Positions 61,164 through 64,000 of a stretch of DNA of 64,000 nucleotides are shown one piece after another. Origin of the DNA: Dimorphilus gyrociliatus (Eukaryota; Animalia; Annelida); NCBI GenBank assembly GCA_904063045.1, contig CAJFCJ010000005.1:4059689-4123688 (forward strand), given 5' to 3'. Below the pieces are notes generated by a model. That model saw nothing but the letters and a program-made list of their open reading frames with translations, had not been told where the DNA came from and made no database searches. The stretch's first letter is position 1. Each line of letters opens with the position of its first letter. The translations under genes were made by a program, and so were the position numbers.

Positions 61164-62359
61164 TTCTGGTCAATTTTTACTTCATTTGCCAATACTAATA
61201 TTATCAAAACTTTCTCTGGTGATACTTTTTTTGTAGAATTTCCAAAGATGAGCGAAATTACAGCTATATTACAAATTCAACTTGCGTTTTTCTACCAGTT
61301 TATACTAGACATATAAGTTGAATAAGATCCCGTCTATTAGAAAGCCTATTATCAACTGTTGGGAAGAGCGGCTAATATGTGAAATACTCTTTCATACATC
61401 ATCAGAATGCAATGTTATGTTGATAGCCATATGCTTATCCTAAAAAAAACTATGTTTTCCATTAATTTAGCTAATGAGTACAAACATTCTGATTAAAATC
61501 TATACATCTGTTTAGAGTAGTATTTATGATTTTATTATTGTTATGACACTGTACAAATGAAAGTTATGATCTATTGTACACTGTACAAAAGAATATTCTA
61601 TACTTAAAAAGCTATATCAATACTTAAAAATTATTGAATCTAATTAGCATTATATTCAAATCACTTGCTAAGATAATTGAACATAATGTTATATATAGAA
61701 GATAGAAAGCGTTTCCTTATTAAATCTTAACAATATTACTAAAACAGGAAAGATACTAATATGATGTATATTTTGTATCTATACAGTATACAATCATTTT
61801 AACAAACAATAATTACTTTTGTTAAGTTGGGGACGTGCCTAAAATTGTATAAACACTATATATATATATATAGTTCTGTTCGACAGACATAGAATGTTAG
61901 CTATCTTTATATACGAAAAATTACTTTATAAAGATAAGCCTTGTTAAATTAACAAGAGCGCCATTGAATAAGGAAATTGTCAGGCTTATCTTTCACAAGT
62001 ATCTCAAAGTATTAGAAATATGATTAAAATACTTTTTGTTAAAATTAGATAGCGAAAGGAATTTAAATATATGTAAAATTAATAAAAATTGCTTCAGTAA
62101 GCAACTTTTAATACTGTTAATTATAAAGCAATATAGCGGTTAATGATTGTCTCTCTTTTAATATAAATGTATTTCGATCGTTGACAGCAGTTCTCGGACG
62201 ACAAATAGTCTGAGATTGAGACAAACACAGTTTCCAATTTACGCAATGCATGCGTATGAATTTTACGACATCCACTAAAACAAAAAGAAAAGTCAAGTCC
62301 GGAAAATAGTTGAATTCGTTCTGAAAATGTAACGAATTTTGTTTGTTTTGTTTTGTTTT

Positions 62360-64000
62360 TCAGTTAGAATCATTCTGTCCCCAGCCTCCCGAATTCGGTC
62401 TCTGCTCTGATGCAGTTGATGCTGGTGTCCAAATGTTCCCTAATGACTGAAACATATCAAAAGTAGCTGGTGTATGTTCTTGTTTCTGTTCAGCAGCTGA
62501 AGAAGTATTTTTCCATATATTCTGTAAAGCACTGTCATCGTTGCTCATCGGATTCCAACCTTCTGAACATCCCCAAGTAGAGGTCGATTGTCTTTCCTCT
62601 GTTCTCCATAAGCTCGGATTTCTATCGGCATCCCACAAATTTTCTGCATTTATAACAGTTGGGAAGTCTGACCATTCCGTTCTTGGTTGAACGCCTGGAG
62701 CGGCATTGCTCCTCATGATTGGTCTATTCCCAAAGTCAAATGGCGAACTGTCATCTTCCAATATTCCATGGCTTAAACTGTAAGAACAAAAAAGTTAATT
62801 AATTAAAACTAGATCCGATCTTAACAGTAGGAATTGATAGCTTCATTAATTGTGTATTTAATTTAGAATTGTTGAGGATTACATTAATATTTCATTTACT
62901 TATATTCCTTCTTCTATCAACTACGTGTATTACTTTAAAATTTATGTCTCCGTTAATTATATTAGATAAATTACTTAAATGATTGTAAAAACGTAGTATT
63001 TATTTGTACTGTAGTTGTAAAAGTATAATAAAATTCTTGGAAATAAATCTCAACAAACCCATTTGATTGAGTCATGTGAGTTTGATGACGGTCAATTCCA
63101 TTCCACTGCGAAGTTGAAGACATAATCGATTGTCCAACAGCTGTATTCGACCTCTGAGAATCATACATTCCACGATTCGGTTGAGAACAATTATTGGTCA
63201 TTACAACCTGACTGTAAGTGGCACCTTGTTCAGATGGACTAGATGCTTTTGGTAGAGTTGACCGATTATGATGTTGTCTATCCCACATTTCAGTAACATT
63301 TGACAATTCACTAAGATCGCCAGTTTCACCTGGAAATTTTTAATAATTTTTCAATCAGAAAAGAAAATTAGTGTTAATTTCATTTTGCTTAGAAAATATT
63401 ATTCCAAAAACTTTAAACAAAAAAGAAAAATCGTGCAGAAAAAATCAAAAGAAAAGATTAACAAACCAGGGGTAAATTGAGAGGAAGATTGCGGCATTTC
63501 CCAAACAGGAGTTGTAGTATCAGAGAACGCATCAGGCTCTTTTGGCCTTTCCGAAAACGTCGACCATACAGACATACTTGTTGATTCACTCGACGATGTG
63601 GCGGTTAATGAACGTCCATTACCTGTAAGGTTGTCAAACACAGGGTACACTAACACACACCATGCGCAATCTCTACTTAATTATTCGCTAATTAATCTTT
63701 GTTATTAGTAATAAGATTATGCTGAAAACTAATTAATTCTAACAAATAGACACGTACCTCTGTTATTTCTGCCGCGTTTCGAGCGATCTTTACTTTGTCC
63801 AGTATTCTTACGTTGTTGCCCACCTGTGTGAGATTTATCTGTACTTGTTGAATGTGTAGTTGTAGTTTCCTTGGTAGATGCAGTGTCAGATTTTGACGAA
63901 TTTCGACCTTCTTTTCGCCTGGCTTGTCTGGCTTTTGCACCAGTAAGAATGAACTCATCTTCATTGACAGTTTCTTCTTTACTTTTCTTTCGAACTATGG
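62360..64000 (-). CDS. 3' end of a large protein with a basic, Ser-rich, Trp-studded disordered tail (tentatively TMEM131-like); 5' part is outside the window
   Basis: Four phase-consistent exons: ...VRKKSKEETVNEDEFILTGAKARQARRKEGRNSSKS...RGRNNR | GNGRSLTATSSSESTSMSVWSTF... | ...EMWDRQ...SQWNG... | ...TWGCSEGWNP...FDMFQSLGNIWTP...GGWGQNDSN*. The family guess rests on overall style only. Confidence 0.6.

Noticed and set aside
61340-61430. tatcaac/gttgata inverted repeat enclosing ATGATG, considered as SECIS or C/D snoRNA
   Set aside because: Spacing does not fit the SECIS core and apical loop, and no properly placed D box was found.
63692-63964. ORF-track frame MKMSSFLLVQKPDKPGEKK...
   Set aside because: A different frame stays open to the window edge and matches the phase-1 donor and next exon, so this ORF is an overlapping artefact.

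Overview
Eukaryotic, AT-rich, gene-dense animal DNA with many 50-80 nt GT-AG introns and (CT)n/(TA)n microsatellites. No rRNA, tRNA, CRISPR array or intact transposon was seen. The leech/earthworm-type lysozyme, the PA-motif nAChRs and the very short introns suggest a compact-genome lophotrochozoan, probably an annelid (inference). Genes were assembled by hand from splice phases. In order: a nicotinic acetylcholine receptor locus (-) with two complete 3' cassettes but only one set of 5' exons; an i-type lysozyme (+); two intronless GT92 glycosyltransferases (-); an MBD protein with an N-terminal ARKST motif (-); UQCC1 (+); PEX26 (-); a C2H2 zinc-finger locus (+) with one common 5' module and four phase-matched alternative terminal zinc-finger exons (one decayed); two head-to-head peptide-type GPCRs; a divergent PDIA6-like protein (+); an activator-class E2F (+); GEMIN5 (-); and the 3' end of a large low-complexity protein (-) that runs off the window. 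The best candidates for undescribed systems are the lola/broad/fruitless-like zinc-finger locus with a non-BTB N-terminal module, and the nAChR locus that appears to make two putative anion-channel subunits from shared 5' exons. All family assignments come from motif recognition, not database searches.
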